A stretch of 64,000 bases of DNA from an uncultured Chloroflexia bacterium (GTDB lineage: Bacteria > Chloroflexota > Chloroflexia > QHBQ01 > JADMIH01): contig CAWCNY010000002.1 of the NCBI GenBank assembly GCA_963797095.1, forward strand, positions 10,063 through 74,062, read 5' to 3'. Shown here piece by piece: positions 19,952 to 30,900 of this stretch. A model generated the notes under the pieces. The model was given only the letters and a program-made list of their open reading frames with translations. It was not told the DNA's origin and did not search any database. Numbering within the stretch: position 1 is the stretch's first letter; every line of letters begins with the position of its first letter. The position numbers were made by a program, and so were the translations under genes.

Positions 19952-20099
19952 TGTCGTCCCATCCCACCTCGATATAAACGCCTCAATAACCCGGCAGCCT
20001 ACCTCAATATATCAGTAAACCCGCCCACCTTCAATGATCGGTCGTCTCCATCCTTTTCTTTTGCTATACTTCGTTATGTCGCCCAACGCACACCCCGCC

Positions 20100-21143
20100 A
20101 TGCAGGATGTACCCATCTTCTACCATCCGGCGTCTCTCCTGCACAGCACCGGCAATCACCCGGAAAACGCGGGCCGTATACGCGCAATCCTGGCGGCCCT
20201 CGAACGCACAGGACGCCCCGAAAGTACGCTCATTCAGCCCGACCCTGTTTCGCTCGACCTTCTTTCCCAGGTCCACGACCCGCGCTATATAGCCACAGTT
20301 GAACAGATGGCTCGGTCAGGCGGCGGCTACTGGGATTTTGACACCTACATCTCGCCCGGTTCCTACGATGCCGCGATCATGGGTGCGGGCGCAGCTGTGG
20401 CCACCGTCGATAGCGTCATGCTGGGCACTCGTTCAGCCTTCGCGATCATGAGACCCCCAGGCCACCACGCTCGACGCCTGTCGGCCATGGGTTTTTGCAT
20501 CTTCAACAACATAGCTTTGGCCGCCCAGCACGCCATCAGCAACTACGGTCTGGAGCGCGTCCTGATCGTGGACTGGGATATCCACCACGGCAACGGAACC
20601 CAGGAATACTTCTACGACCGCGCCGATGTGCTATTCTTCAGCACCCACCGCTACCCCTTCTATCCGGGTACAGGCGCGCTCAACGAAACCGGCACGGGCA
20701 AGGGCCGGGGTTACACCATGAACGTGCCCTTGCCCGCCGCTGTAGGCGATGCAGGCTACAACCAAATATTCGAGCAAATCCTTATCCCCCTCGCCAACCG
20801 CTACCGCCCTCAGCTAACCCTCATTTCCGCGGGCTACGATGCCCACATAGCCGATCCCCTCGGCGACACAGCCGTTAGCGTCGCAGGCTTCGCCCAAATG
20901 GCCCTCACAGTGCGACTGCTGGCCGACCGGATCGTCGAGTGTGAAGGCAGGGTGGCAGCTATCCTCGAAGGGGGATATAATGCTGAAGCACTGGCCGAAT
21001 CGGTGCTGGCAACTATAGCCATGTTGGGTGTGCCCAATCCTACCAGCATAGATGACACTCAGGAGCGACCAACCTCCACAGGTAGCCGCTCCCCAGATAT
21101 AACAGACATAATCCAACAGGTCCGTCAGACCCACAATCTATAG
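20100..21143 (+). CDS. Histone deacetylase-family amidohydrolase (acetoin utilization AcuC / acetylpolyamine amidohydrolase-like)
   Basis: DWDIHHGNGTQ and FSTHRYPFYPGTG motifs. The track ORF starts at 20034; the ATG at 20100 (MQDVPIFYHP) is the more typical N-terminus. Confidence 0.8.
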   Translation: MQDVPIFYHPASLLHSTGNHPENAGRIRAILAALERTGRPESTLIQPDPVSLDLLSQVHDPRYIATVEQMARSGGGYWDFDTYISPGSYDAAIMGAGAAVATVDSVMLGTRSAFAIMRPPGHHARRLSAMGFCIFNNIALAAQHAISNYGLERVLIVDWDIHHGNGTQEYFYDRADVLFFSTHRYPFYPGTGALNETGTGKGRGYTMNVPLPAAVGDAGYNQIFEQILIPLANRYRPQLTLISAGYDAHIADPLGDTAVSVAGFAQMALTVRLLADRIVECEGRVAAILEGGYNAEALAESVLATIAMLGVPNPTSIDDTQERPTSTGSRSPDITDIIQQVRQTHNL

Positions 21144-21264
21144 CCACAGATCCAGCCAATTATTAGACAGCAGGCAATACGGAAGTATCACAGCATACCA
21201 ATCACCCGTCACCCGTCACCCGTCACTCATCAAGCACCACATATTACGACAGATCGGAGCCAAC

Positions 21265-22458
21265 ATGGACATGCTCAAAACCTCGCGCGACGAGGATAAC
21301 AGGCGGCGAGACGAAGCACAGATCTACAGCATGCAGCAGCAAATTGATGAGTTGCGCCGCCAACTGAAAGAGAACCTCGCCCGCCAGCAGTGGTTCGAGG
21401 AACTCTACAAGCAAAATGAAGGCAAAGTCTCGCAGGTGCAGGTTGCCCAGGACCGCCTCACCCACGACGTCTCGCAATCAATGCACGCCCGTCAGATCGA
21501 GGATGCCCGCCTGAAAACGCAGGTCGCCGAGCTTACTCAACGCGTAGAAGCGCCTGAGAAGCAGATCCGTGACCTGCGCGCCCAGGTGCATGAGCTTTCC
21601 GAGGCCCGCAAAACTGATCGCGATGTGGATACCTCAGCCCAGCGCCAGATCGATGAATTGCAATCACATATTCGCGAGCTAAACTCCCACATAGGCCAGG
21701 TCACCGACTCACAACGCCAGTTGCGCGACCTGATCCAGGAGCTTGACTTTGCCCTCGCCGAGGTGCGCCAGGAAGCCGTGCACGTGGCCGAGCTACAGAG
21801 CCTCGAGGAGCAGAGACTCCGCAGGCAGGGGATGGAGCTACAGGGCATGTTCGAGGTCCTTCGCCAGCAGTTTGGTGACGTGTCGGCCAAGTCACAGCGC
21901 GTGGACGATGTGCGCCGCCAGCTTACCGAGCGCATCGAGGCTATCGAGGACCGCGTGGGCGTAGTAACCACCGGCGAGGAGTTGCTCCAGTCCGAGGTTG
22001 ACCGGGTAGAGAAGCAGTCTAACGAGCAGTACCTTCTCCAACAGGAGCGGCTTGAAACAGTGCGCGTCCAATTGGAAGCTCAGCTTGGCGAAATGCGCTC
22101 CGTCAACGATCAGCGTATGGACCGCATCATGTCGCGCTTCAACAGCACAGACGACCGCCTGCGAGCTATCGAGCAGACCCTGGCCGAGATGCCCAGCCGC
22201 TTCGAAGCTCTCGAAAGGCGCGACGAGGTCCTGGGCAGCGAAGCCGACACGATAGAGGAATGGCTGGTTGTGCGGCAATTGCAGGCTCTCGAAGCTATGC
22301 TCGACGATGTTCGCAAACGCCGAACCGACCGCGCACCCACCTTCAACCCTAAGGCCCTACCCGAACCCCCTCCCGGCTCAGTGTACAATCCTGCCGGTTT
22401 GATCAAAAGTGTTCGCGACGCCAAGCCGCCCACCGGCAAGGACGAGGATTTAGACTGA
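21265..22458 (+). CDS. Long coiled-coil protein (hypothetical)
   Basis: 397 aa, highly charged, heptad-rich (Q/E/R/L) throughout. Confidence 0.5.
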   Translation: MDMLKTSRDEDNRRRDEAQIYSMQQQIDELRRQLKENLARQQWFEELYKQNEGKVSQVQVAQDRLTHDVSQSMHARQIEDARLKTQVAELTQRVEAPEKQIRDLRAQVHELSEARKTDRDVDTSAQRQIDELQSHIRELNSHIGQVTDSQRQLRDLIQELDFALAEVRQEAVHVAELQSLEEQRLRRQGMELQGMFEVLRQQFGDVSAKSQRVDDVRRQLTERIEAIEDRVGVVTTGEELLQSEVDRVEKQSNEQYLLQQERLETVRVQLEAQLGEMRSVNDQRMDRIMSRFNSTDDRLRAIEQTLAEMPSRFEALERRDEVLGSEADTIEEWLVVRQLQALEAMLDDVRKRRTDRAPTFNPKALPEPPPGSVYNPAGLIKSVRDAKPPTGKDEDLD

Positions 22459-22469
22459 TATAAACGTAG

Positions 22470-23321
22470 ATGGCAGACCACAACCGGAGCGGAAGCGGCC
22501 CCAACCTCGGCCCCAAGAAGCGCCTTGGACAGCACTTCCTGCGCGACCGCTCTGTACCGCCGCGAATAGCAGACGCAGCAAATCTTCAACCTGCTGACCA
22601 AGTGATTGAGATCGGTCCCGGCCTCGGCATCCTCACCGAAGAGCTTGCCCGCAAACTCGACCCGGATCGAGGCAAGCTAGTAGCGGTCGAACTGGACCAG
22701 GACCTCCTCCCCTCCCTGCGAGAGCGCTTTGCAGGCCAACCGCACGTGAGCTTCGTCCAGGCCGACGTGCTGGAAACCTCACCCACCGATCTGAGTGAGA
22801 GCCAACCTTACAAGGTGGTCGCCAACCTACCTTACTACATCACATCGGCGATCTTGCGCCACTTCCTCGATGCCGAACACAAGCCGATTTCACTTACCGT
22901 CATGGTGCAACGCGAAGTCGCCGACCGCATGGTCGCCCAACCGCCCAATATGAGCCTCCTCGCCGTAGCGGTCCAGTTCTACGGCAAGCCGCGCACCGTA
23001 TTTCGCGTTCCACCCGGTGCATTTCGTCCACCTCCCAAAGTCGATTCGGCAGTGGTCCATATAGAGGTCTATAATCAGGAGCAGAGGCCAATACACCCCT
23101 CCGGTGAGCGCCATTTCTTCCGGGTGGTCCAGGCAGGTTTCAGCCAGAAGCGCAAGCAATTAGCGAATACCATCTCCTCAGGCCTCTCAATACCGAAGGA
23201 AACCGCCAGGCAAATGCTCCTATCCGCCAACATCAGCCCCGACAGGCGCGCCGAAACGCTAACGCTGCAAGAATGGGCGAGACTGGAGGAGGCAGTAACG
23301 ACGAACGACGAAGGAAGATAG
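22470..23321 (+). CDS. rsmA: 16S rRNA (adenine1518/1519-N6)-dimethyltransferase
   Basis: KKRLGQHFL N-terminus, SAM-binding EIGPGLGILT, NLPYYIT motif. ispE adjacency is typical. Confidence 0.85.
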   Translation: MADHNRSGSGPNLGPKKRLGQHFLRDRSVPPRIADAANLQPADQVIEIGPGLGILTEELARKLDPDRGKLVAVELDQDLLPSLRERFAGQPHVSFVQADVLETSPTDLSESQPYKVVANLPYYITSAILRHFLDAEHKPISLTVMVQREVADRMVAQPPNMSLLAVAVQFYGKPRTVFRVPPGAFRPPPKVDSAVVHIEVYNQEQRPIHPSGERHFFRVVQAGFSQKRKQLANTISSGLSIPKETARQMLLSANISPDRRAETLTLQEWARLEEAVTTNDEGR

Positions 23322-23404
23322 ACGAAATACGCAGTACGAAATACGCAGTACGAAATACGCAGTACGAAATACGCAGTACGAAATACGCACTATAAACTTC
23401 CCAC

Positions 23405-24316
23405 ATGACCACTCCACCCACCACAACCCATACCCGCCAGGCGTTCGCCAAGCTCAATCTCTGTTTGGAGATCATCGGGCGGCGCGAGGACAATTACCAT
23501 GAGATCACTTCCGTAATACAGGCAATAGATCTGTCTGACACTCTCACATTCGCGCCTGCCGAAGACGGAGTGCTCACCCTTGACTGCGACGACCCGGCCC
23601 TGGCATCTGAGGGCGAATCCAACCTTGCGCTTAAAGCTGCCCGCCTTCTGCAACAAGCCGCAGGCATAACCCTGGGGGCGCATATCACCCTCCAAAAGTG
23701 CATACCCCTGGCGGCCGGGCTAGGTGGCGGCAGCAGTGACGCAGCGGCTACACTCCTCGGCCTGTCCGACCTCTGGGGTCTCCGCATGGGCAAGCGCGAC
23801 CTCCTCGACATGGCTTCCACTCTTGGCTCCGATGTGCCCTTCTTCCTCGAAGGTCCAACAGCCCTCGTCGAGGGCCGAGGCGAGCGCGTCACCCGCATCC
23901 CTCCCCCTCCTCCCGGCTGGGCCGTCCTCGTTTGCCCCCAATACGATCTCAAAGACAAGACCAAGCGCCTCTACTCATCCCTCACGCGCGCCGACCTCAG
24001 CGAAGGAATAGTCACACACAGGCTACTTGCCGCCCTGGTGGCTGGGACCTTTCCCGACTCCACTCTCCTCTATAACGCCTTCGAGCGCGTTGCCTACGAT
24101 ATCTTCGACAACCTTGCCACCACCCGCCAGACCATGATCCGAGCAGGCGGGCGCGACGTCCACCTCTCAGGCAGCGGCCCCACCCTCTACACCCTCTACC
24201 CGGCCTCCCAGCAAACCCACGCCAGGGACCTCCACACCGCCCTGCAAACAGCCAACCTCCCAGCCTACCTCGCACAACTAATAACGACCTCCAGCAAGCG
24301 CACAAATACAAAGTAA
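23405..24316 (+). CDS. ispE: 4-(cytidine 5'-diphospho)-2-C-methyl-D-erythritol kinase
   Basis: GHMP kinase motifs (KLNLCLEI, PLAAGLGGGSSDAAA) and conserved ksgA-ispE synteny. Confidence 0.85.
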   Translation: MTTPPTTTHTRQAFAKLNLCLEIIGRREDNYHEITSVIQAIDLSDTLTFAPAEDGVLTLDCDDPALASEGESNLALKAARLLQQAAGITLGAHITLQKCIPLAAGLGGGSSDAAATLLGLSDLWGLRMGKRDLLDMASTLGSDVPFFLEGPTALVEGRGERVTRIPPPPPGWAVLVCPQYDLKDKTKRLYSSLTRADLSEGIVTHRLLAALVAGTFPDSTLLYNAFERVAYDIFDNLATTRQTMIRAGGRDVHLSGSGPTLYTLYPASQQTHARDLHTALQTANLPAYLAQLITTSSKRTNTK

Positions 24317-24337
24317 GCAGTACGCAGTACCCGTCCC

Positions 24338-25069
24338 ATGCCCCTCATAATCAACCAGCGTAGACCATACCATCTGTATATTGAAGCCGGAAGCGGAGGG
24401 GCCATGGCCCACATCGCCGAGTTGCCGGGCTGCTTCTCCGTAGGCTCGACCGCAGCCCAGGTCGCAGCCGCCGCGCCGGGCGCCATCACCCGCTTTCTAA
24501 CTTGGCTCAAGTCGCACCGCGAGCCTATCGTGCCTGAAGCGTATGTGTTGCGCCCCTCTATGCTCGACATCTCGGTGGCCGAAGTGCGCGAAGAAGGCGC
24601 GCCCCTGACAGCGGGCAGCCGCGCCGCCCTCTTCTCTTTCGATCAGGAACCCTGGGACGATTACAAGCTGGAGCGCACCCTCCGCTGGCTCGACTACAGC
24701 CGCACCGATCTCCTGTCGAAGATCGCCGGTCTGAGCGAGGACGACCTGAAAAGCAGGCGCATAGCCCCCGCCCGCACACTCTGGCGCACCCTCCAGCACG
24801 TCGCCAACGCCGAATTCGGCTACATAATCAGGATAGTAGGCTGGTTGGACGACAAAGAACCTGTCACCGACGACCAACCCGCAGACGTGCGCGAGCGCCT
24901 GTCGGCCATACGCGAGATATTCACGCGCTATGCGCGCTCGATCCGGCCCGACAGGCGCGCCGAGGTCATCTACCCAACCTGGACAAGTAGCCCCGATGAA
25001 CCCTGGACCCTGACCAAATCGATCCGCCGCGCCCTGGAACACGAGCGCGAACATCTGGCTGAACTATAG
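24338..25069 (+). CDS. Hypothetical protein with a HicB-like (UPF0150) N-terminal fold and a DinB/YfiT-like four-helix C-terminal region
   Basis: N-terminal AHIAELPGCFSVGST resembles HicB-like antitoxin domains. C-terminal H...H...EHLAEL spacing resembles the DinB_2 metal-binding triad. Confidence 0.35.
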   Translation: MPLIINQRRPYHLYIEAGSGGAMAHIAELPGCFSVGSTAAQVAAAAPGAITRFLTWLKSHREPIVPEAYVLRPSMLDISVAEVREEGAPLTAGSRAALFSFDQEPWDDYKLERTLRWLDYSRTDLLSKIAGLSEDDLKSRRIAPARTLWRTLQHVANAEFGYIIRIVGWLDDKEPVTDDQPADVRERLSAIREIFTRYARSIRPDRRAEVIYPTWTSSPDEPWTLTKSIRRALEHEREHLAEL

Positions 25070-25173
25070 TTCCAAGTTCCAAGTTTGGAATTCCCCACTT
25101 CAATTATCAACTACCGACTACCGGGAACTCGGAACTCGGAACTCGGAACTCGGAACTCGGAACTCGGAACTTC

Positions 25174-26256
25174 CTACTTCGGCGGCAACTGCACGAACTG
25201 ATTAGTAAACATCTGTGTCACGTCGCCTTTCTTGGTGATCAGATTGGCTTCCATCAGCAAGTCCTGTGTGGAGTTCCACACCCCTTCATCCGTCCAACCT
25301 GGGTAAGGCACAGGCGCTTTGGCCGTGGGATCGTTGGGGTTCGCCTGGAACAACTTGATCGTCTCCTGCAATATCTGCATCTGGAGCGTTTCATTCGCGC
25401 CGCCTGCGTCCGGCACCTGCTTGAGAGTCTCCTTGAACGCTTCCGATGGGTCCGCGATAGTGTCCTGGATGCCCCTCAGCGTGGCGCGCACAACCTTCCC
25501 CACCAGAGCAGGGTTTTCTGAGAAGGTCTTATTGTTGGTGGCAAGCCCGTTCGAAGCCAACTGCACGTAGTCTGCCACCTTCAGTGTGCTGACCTTCACT
25601 CCCTGGCTCGCCAACTGCACAGGCTCATTGGCCGCATACACCATCGCCACATCAACCTGCCCCGCCGTAAGGCTTGCCACCTGCGTAAAGCCTATGCTGT
25701 CCATCTGGATATCGGTCTGACTCAGGCCCCCGGCCTTTAAGAGCGCCAGCAATCCGGTGTATGTTGAGCCATAAGGCCCAGGCACACCCACAGTATGCCC
25801 CTTCAAATCAGCGGGCGATGTGAGGGTCGGCCCTTTGCCCTCTATCGATGCAGCGGCTACAGGGTACTGCCTGTACCACGTCATAACATACTTCACGGGC
25901 ACGCCTTGCAGCCATGCCGGGATGATCTCGTCCCCCGACACCACAGCGAAATTCACCCCGTCCGTGCCCTGCCCTAGCTGCGTGATAAGGTCGGTCACGA
26001 GGCCGTTTTGCAGGGTAACGTCTAGCCCTTCGTCTTTGTAATACCCCTTGTTGAGCGCAAGATAGAAAGGCGCGAATTGCACGTCAGGTATATACCCCAA
26101 CGTAATCGTAACTTTGGTCAACTCCGCACTGGGCGAGGTTGGCGTTGGCACCCCACCCACAGGCGTAGGCGTAGTAGGCGACACATTGTCGCACCCCGCT
26201 ATCAGCATGGCAACCACAACGCTCAGGCCCAGCAACCTATAAAGCTTCCCTCTCAT
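25174..26256 (-). CDS. ABC transporter substrate-binding lipoprotein, NMT1/THI5-like (SsuA/TauA/ThiY family)
   Basis: ATG at 26256 with RBS AGGAGG. Lipobox LIAGC. NMT1-like periplasmic-binding fold motifs. Confidence 0.75.
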   Translation of the reverse strand: MRGKLYRLLGLSVVVAMLIAGCDNVSPTTPTPVGGVPTPTSPSAELTKVTITLGYIPDVQFAPFYLALNKGYYKDEGLDVTLQNGLVTDLITQLGQGTDGVNFAVVSGDEIIPAWLQGVPVKYVMTWYRQYPVAAASIEGKGPTLTSPADLKGHTVGVPGPYGSTYTGLLALLKAGGLSQTDIQMDSIGFTQVASLTAGQVDVAMVYAANEPVQLASQGVKVSTLKVADYVQLASNGLATNNKTFSENPALVGKVVRATLRGIQDTIADPSEAFKETLKQVPDAGGANETLQMQILQETIKLFQANPNDPTAKAPVPYPGWTDEGVWNSTQDLLMEANLITKKGDVTQMFTNQFVQLPPK

Positions 26257-26324
26257 CCCAACTCCTCCTATGGTGTCCAAAATAAGCAATACGCAGTACG
26301 AAGCACATAGCTTGCGTACACGCC

Positions 26325-27254
26325 CTACTCCCAATCAATAACTATCCTCTCAAACAGGCTCACTCCGAGATACGAAACCAGAGTGAGCAAAGCCAGTGAC
26401 ACCAACCCAACGAAGGTGCGCGATGTATCGAACAGGCCACGCCCCTCCATGAGCAAGAAACCCAATCCCGAATTCGACGACACAAACTCGCCCACTACCG
26501 CACCTGTAATCGACAGCGTAAGACCTAGCTTGATGCCGCCCAGCAACCCGCGCAATGACAAGGGCAGTTCAACATACCTGATCGTCTGAAAGAGGTTCGC
26601 TCCTGATATGCGCGCTACCTCCAGCATAGAGCGATCGATACTCCGCAAGCCCACAATCGTGTTTACCAGGATCGGGAAGAAGACGATCAGGGCCACGATC
26701 ACAACCTTACGCGCCAGATCGTCCGAGATCCACAGCACAAGGAGCGGAGCAAGCGCGACCACGGGCAAGCCCTGGCTGACCGCCAGGTAAGGGCTGATGA
26801 TACGCTCAAGCAGGCGCGAATGCGCTATGGGGTAGCCGAGGCCCACGCCGAGCACCAGCGCCACCAGGAAGCCCAACCCGGCCTCCAACACCGTCGTCCT
26901 GAAATGGAGCAGCAGCGTGCCATTAAGGAGCATGGTCCAGGCGAGCGAGGCCACATCGGCGGGCGTGGGCAGCAGATATGTCGGATAATTGCCGATCACC
27001 GCCACCAGCCACCACACTACGAGCAGCACCACCAGCGTGATCAACACTCCAAGCGTCTTGCGTAAGCCCTGCCTGCCAAGCCGCACAACCGGCTCAAGCA
27101 ACACCCATAGCGCCGAACGAAATATGCGCTCAGTGCGATGAGGGACTATTGAGCGCTCTTTACCCTCACTCGCGGGCGATTGCTGGCTCAGGCTTCTCTG
27201 ATCTGTCGACTGTAGGTCCGCGTCATTTGCAACGCGCTTTGCGTGTACTTTCAT
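26325..27254 (-). CDS. ABC transporter permease (SsuC/TauC/ThiX family)
   Basis: EAA-loop-containing permease. No cognate ATPase gene adjacent. Confidence 0.8.
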   Translation of the reverse strand: MKVHAKRVANDADLQSTDQRSLSQQSPASEGKERSIVPHRTERIFRSALWVLLEPVVRLGRQGLRKTLGVLITLVVLLVVWWLVAVIGNYPTYLLPTPADVASLAWTMLLNGTLLLHFRTTVLEAGLGFLVALVLGVGLGYPIAHSRLLERIISPYLAVSQGLPVVALAPLLVLWISDDLARKVVIVALIVFFPILVNTIVGLRSIDRSMLEVARISGANLFQTIRYVELPLSLRGLLGGIKLGLTLSITGAVVGEFVSSNSGLGFLLMEGRGLFDTSRTFVGLVSLALLTLVSYLGVSLFERIVIDWE

Positions 27255-27709
27255 ATCCTTAACCAACAAGAAACCCCGGTTGCACGAGGCTTCCAGGGGT
27301 CAGATGATGTAGCAGAGTGGAGACGTGGCGGGGCCATGCCTCAATGCCTTTGGAGAGCCTGACGCGTAGCCCATCCCTCAATGGGGAGTGAGTGCTGTGT
27401 CGTGGTCTCACGCGGCTCTGCTGGACTTTCTTCCATCCGGACTATACCGTCGGCCCCGGCTTCCCACCGGATCCTACCTTGCGGCTCGCGGGCTTGGCCT
27501 TTTATGCCTTACCGCCGATCGGGAATTTCACCCTGCCCTGAAAGTCTGCTATATTCTATTAGCCTAAGTATAAAGATTCAGGGCGTAAAATTCAAGGTCC
27601 TCAGAGGCACTTGTTTTTATCTAAATGGAGTCGGATGATTCGTCAAAGTTCCGGCAAGTCGCAATATTGGGTTGTCAAATGACTCCCCCTTATGCACGGA
27701 ACTTGGCGA

Positions 27710-27756
27710 TGGCGCGCCCGGAGTGATTCAAACCCCCGACCCTCCGATTCCGAAGC
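27710..27756 (-). repeat. Degenerate copy (4-5 mismatches) of the 3' half of tRNA-Arg(TCG), from CCA end to anticodon loop: an old att remnant
   Basis: tggcgcgcccggagTgattcaaacccccgaccctcCgatTcgaagC aligned to 37436-37482. Confidence 0.7.
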
Positions 27757-27904
27757 TATCCACGCCTAAACGCTGGGCTTCACACGTCAATTGTGCCACA
27801 TTTTAGCCGGAGTTATCGGGTGTAATTAGAGCCTCTGATAGAACAAGGAATTCATTAATATGTGTACGAGCATCAACCGTCCGGTTATGATGTCTAGAAG
27901 AAGA

Positions 27905-30900
27905 CTAGCCTTCCGAGTTGAGAAGACGTATCTTCTCAACTACGACTACCGGGTGCATCTTCAACGCCACCGCGTCTGCCAGCTGTAGGTCGGAAGGCGG
28001 TTGTACTCCTATTGCACGGCCCTTCCCTGTGATTTGTGCTCGCCCACTTACCAAGTAAGGGCCGTTGCCTCCTTTGGCTAGCACTTCAATATGAGCCTTG
28101 TAAGCATCGGGGAACAGCACAGTCTCTATCAGGCCGTAGCGGTCTTGCAGAGTGAGGAAGAGCATCACGCTACCGTCTTTGCACGTGTGCCTGTGACCTG
28201 CCGCCGCTATCCCCGCCACCTTTACTTCGCGTTCCGCATACCTGTGTAGCTCCTTTGAGGGCACAGCTTCAGGCACTTCTATTAGCTCCATCTCGTTGCA
28301 CGTCAGCGAGAAGCCTACCACTTCCTGTTCCAACCTCAGCTTCTCAATCGCAGTGTACTCTTCAACATGTGGCATTTCGATGCGCAAGGTGTCGTCCCCT
28401 AGAATTCTTGGACTGGCGCTGTCCTGCCTTTGCAGGATATCCCCCATCACACCTTGCATTCCCAGACCTACGGCTCCCTCTGAGCCGGTCGCTACAGACA
28501 GATGGGTCAGGCTATTTCGATTGGCCTGCCTTGCTGGCTTACGAGCAAACAGGAGTTGCGGGAGGAGGGCCATCATCTGTCTCCGATTCATTGAGGACAA
28601 CGAGTGCGGCGAATAGACAGCTCCTATTGGCTCGCCCATCTCACCAGGCAAGGGAGCAATTGAAGCAACAGAGGAGATAGAAGGGATAGAGGGAAGTGGA
28701 AACGGCACAGAGGAGCCTAAGTCGTCACAAGCGCCAACCTTCACCAACGCTGTGATCTCGGTCGGGCTCATCTGTACCCTGGACATCAAATCGAGCACGG
28801 AGCGGAAATGCCCTCCACTTCGCCGCTCCGTGAGCAGGGCCGATATGGTCTTCTCCGACACCCCTTTCACGAACTGTAGGCCGAACCTTATGCTTCGAGT
28901 AGCGGGTGGCACTTCACACCAAGCGCCACTCTCGTTGATATGAGGTAATAGCAGGCGAACGCGCAATCGCCTCGCGTCCTCCACGTACACCGATGGGCCG
29001 TAGTAGCCTCCCTGGTTGTTGAGCATGGCTGCAATATATTCGGCTGGATAGTGAGCTTTCACATAGGCCGAACGGTAGGCTGTGAGGGCGTAGGTGTGGG
29101 CATGGGCGGCGCAGAAGCCGAACCCGCTGTAGCCTGACACTATCTCCCACACCTTCTCGGCCCGTAGCTGGTCGATGCCGCGCTCGATTGCGCCTGCCAC
29201 GAACCGGCTGCCCAGCCTGGCGCGCTCCTCGGCTGAGCCTGCTTTGCCCAGGGCTTTGCGTAGCTGCTCGGCTTCCCCCAGCCCTAACCCGGCAAGCTGA
29301 TGCACCAACTTCAAGAATTGCTCTTGATACAGGATCACTCCGTTCGTCTCTTTGAGCAAAGGTTCCATAGATGGGTGCGGGTAGGTGACCGGCGCTTGCC
29401 CCAGGTGGCGGCGCATGAATGTTTCGAGGAAGCCTCCCTCCAATGGGCCTGGTCGGAAAAGGGACACTGCCATCGCAAGCTCGCCCAAACTGTGGGGTCT
29501 GAGCCACTTTACGAGGCCGCGCATACCTGGCGATTCCAGTTGGAAGCAGCCAAGGGTGTCGCCGTTAGCAATCATGCGGTAGGTGCGCTCATCGTCAAAG
29601 GGGATAGCTTCCAGAGCCTGCCCCACGCTATCGCTCCCTTTAGCCAGCCCTGACGCCCTGAGCGCATCCACGAGGGTGGTGAGGGCACGGCTCCCCAGCA
29701 AGTCCATCTTCACAAGGCCCAGGGCCTCTATGGCGTCCTTTTCGTACTGAGTGATGCTCATGCTCGGATCGCGAGCGGCTCGTTGGAGAGGTACGAGGTC
29801 GGCCAGGGGGATGTGAGAGGGGGTTATCACCACCCCGGCGCAGTGCATACCGGCATGGCGGGGCAGGCCCTGTATGGCGCGGGCAAGTTCGAAAGCTCGT
29901 TGTTCGTGTTCACCGCTTAGTCTGGGGGCAGAAGCTTCTTCGGAGTAGGTATCTGCTGCTTCCGTGCCGGGTTCATCTATGCCATCTATACCATCCATGC
30001 TTTCCAACCCGGTCTCTGCTTCGGCCTCCTCGTCGCGCTCCTGTTGGGAGATATGGGACAGGCGGTTTGCTATGTAGCTTATTCGCCCAGGGGTGACACC
30101 CATTGCCTTCGCCATCTCGCGCCAGGCCGAGCGCAGGCGGAAGGTGATATGAGTGCCTACTATAGCGGCGTGGTCGCGTCCGTACCGCTCGTAGACGTAG
30201 TGCAGCACCTCGTCCCGCCTGCGCCAGCACAGGTCGAGGTCTATGTCGGGTAACTCAAACTCGGCACGCTCTCGGCTCAGGAACCGCTCGAAGAGGAGGT
30301 CATGCTGGAGAGGGTCTATCTGGGTGATGCCAAGCACATAGGCCACCAGACTATCGGCAGCAGACCCACGCGCCATGATCGGGATGTCGCGGGAATGGGC
30401 GAAATGCACGATGTCATACACGACAAGGAAGTAGGGAGAGAAGCCGAGAGACTCTATCACTTCCAGCTCGTATTTCAGGCGAGCTATCACATCCTGGGTA
30501 AGGGGACGGTAACGACGAGTGGCCCCCGCAAAACAGAGCTTCCAGAGCCTGGAAAAGGGAGTTTCACTACCTTGAAGATCTACCGACGGAAAGAGGGGTT
30601 TATGAAGAGGCAATTCGAGGTTACACTGGTCGGCTATGAACTGGGTGTTGGCTATGGCCTGCGCACCCTGTGGGTAGGCGCTGAATAGCTCTACCATCTC
30701 CTCCGCCGATTTGAAGTAGCGCTCGGTGCCCACCTCATCTGTAAGGGAATTGCCTTCCTGGTATTGTCCATGTGCGGTCTCGAATATGTCGGGTGCATCC
30801 AGGGAGGCGCGACCCCTGGCTCCTATCCTGGCAGAGGCAAGAGCCAGGGCGGTATTGGCATCTTCCCGCGCCAGGTAGAGCACATCGTTGGTGGCGACGA

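Noticed and set aside
27270-27700. Possible TPP (or other) riboswitch upstream of the NMT1-type transporter permease
   Set aside because: I read the minus-strand leader and found neither the CUGAGA element nor the GCGUAGGGA pyrophosphate-sensor element in the right arrangement. The region is GC-rich and structured but matches no riboswitch class I can recognise by eye. A cmscan with Rfam would settle it.
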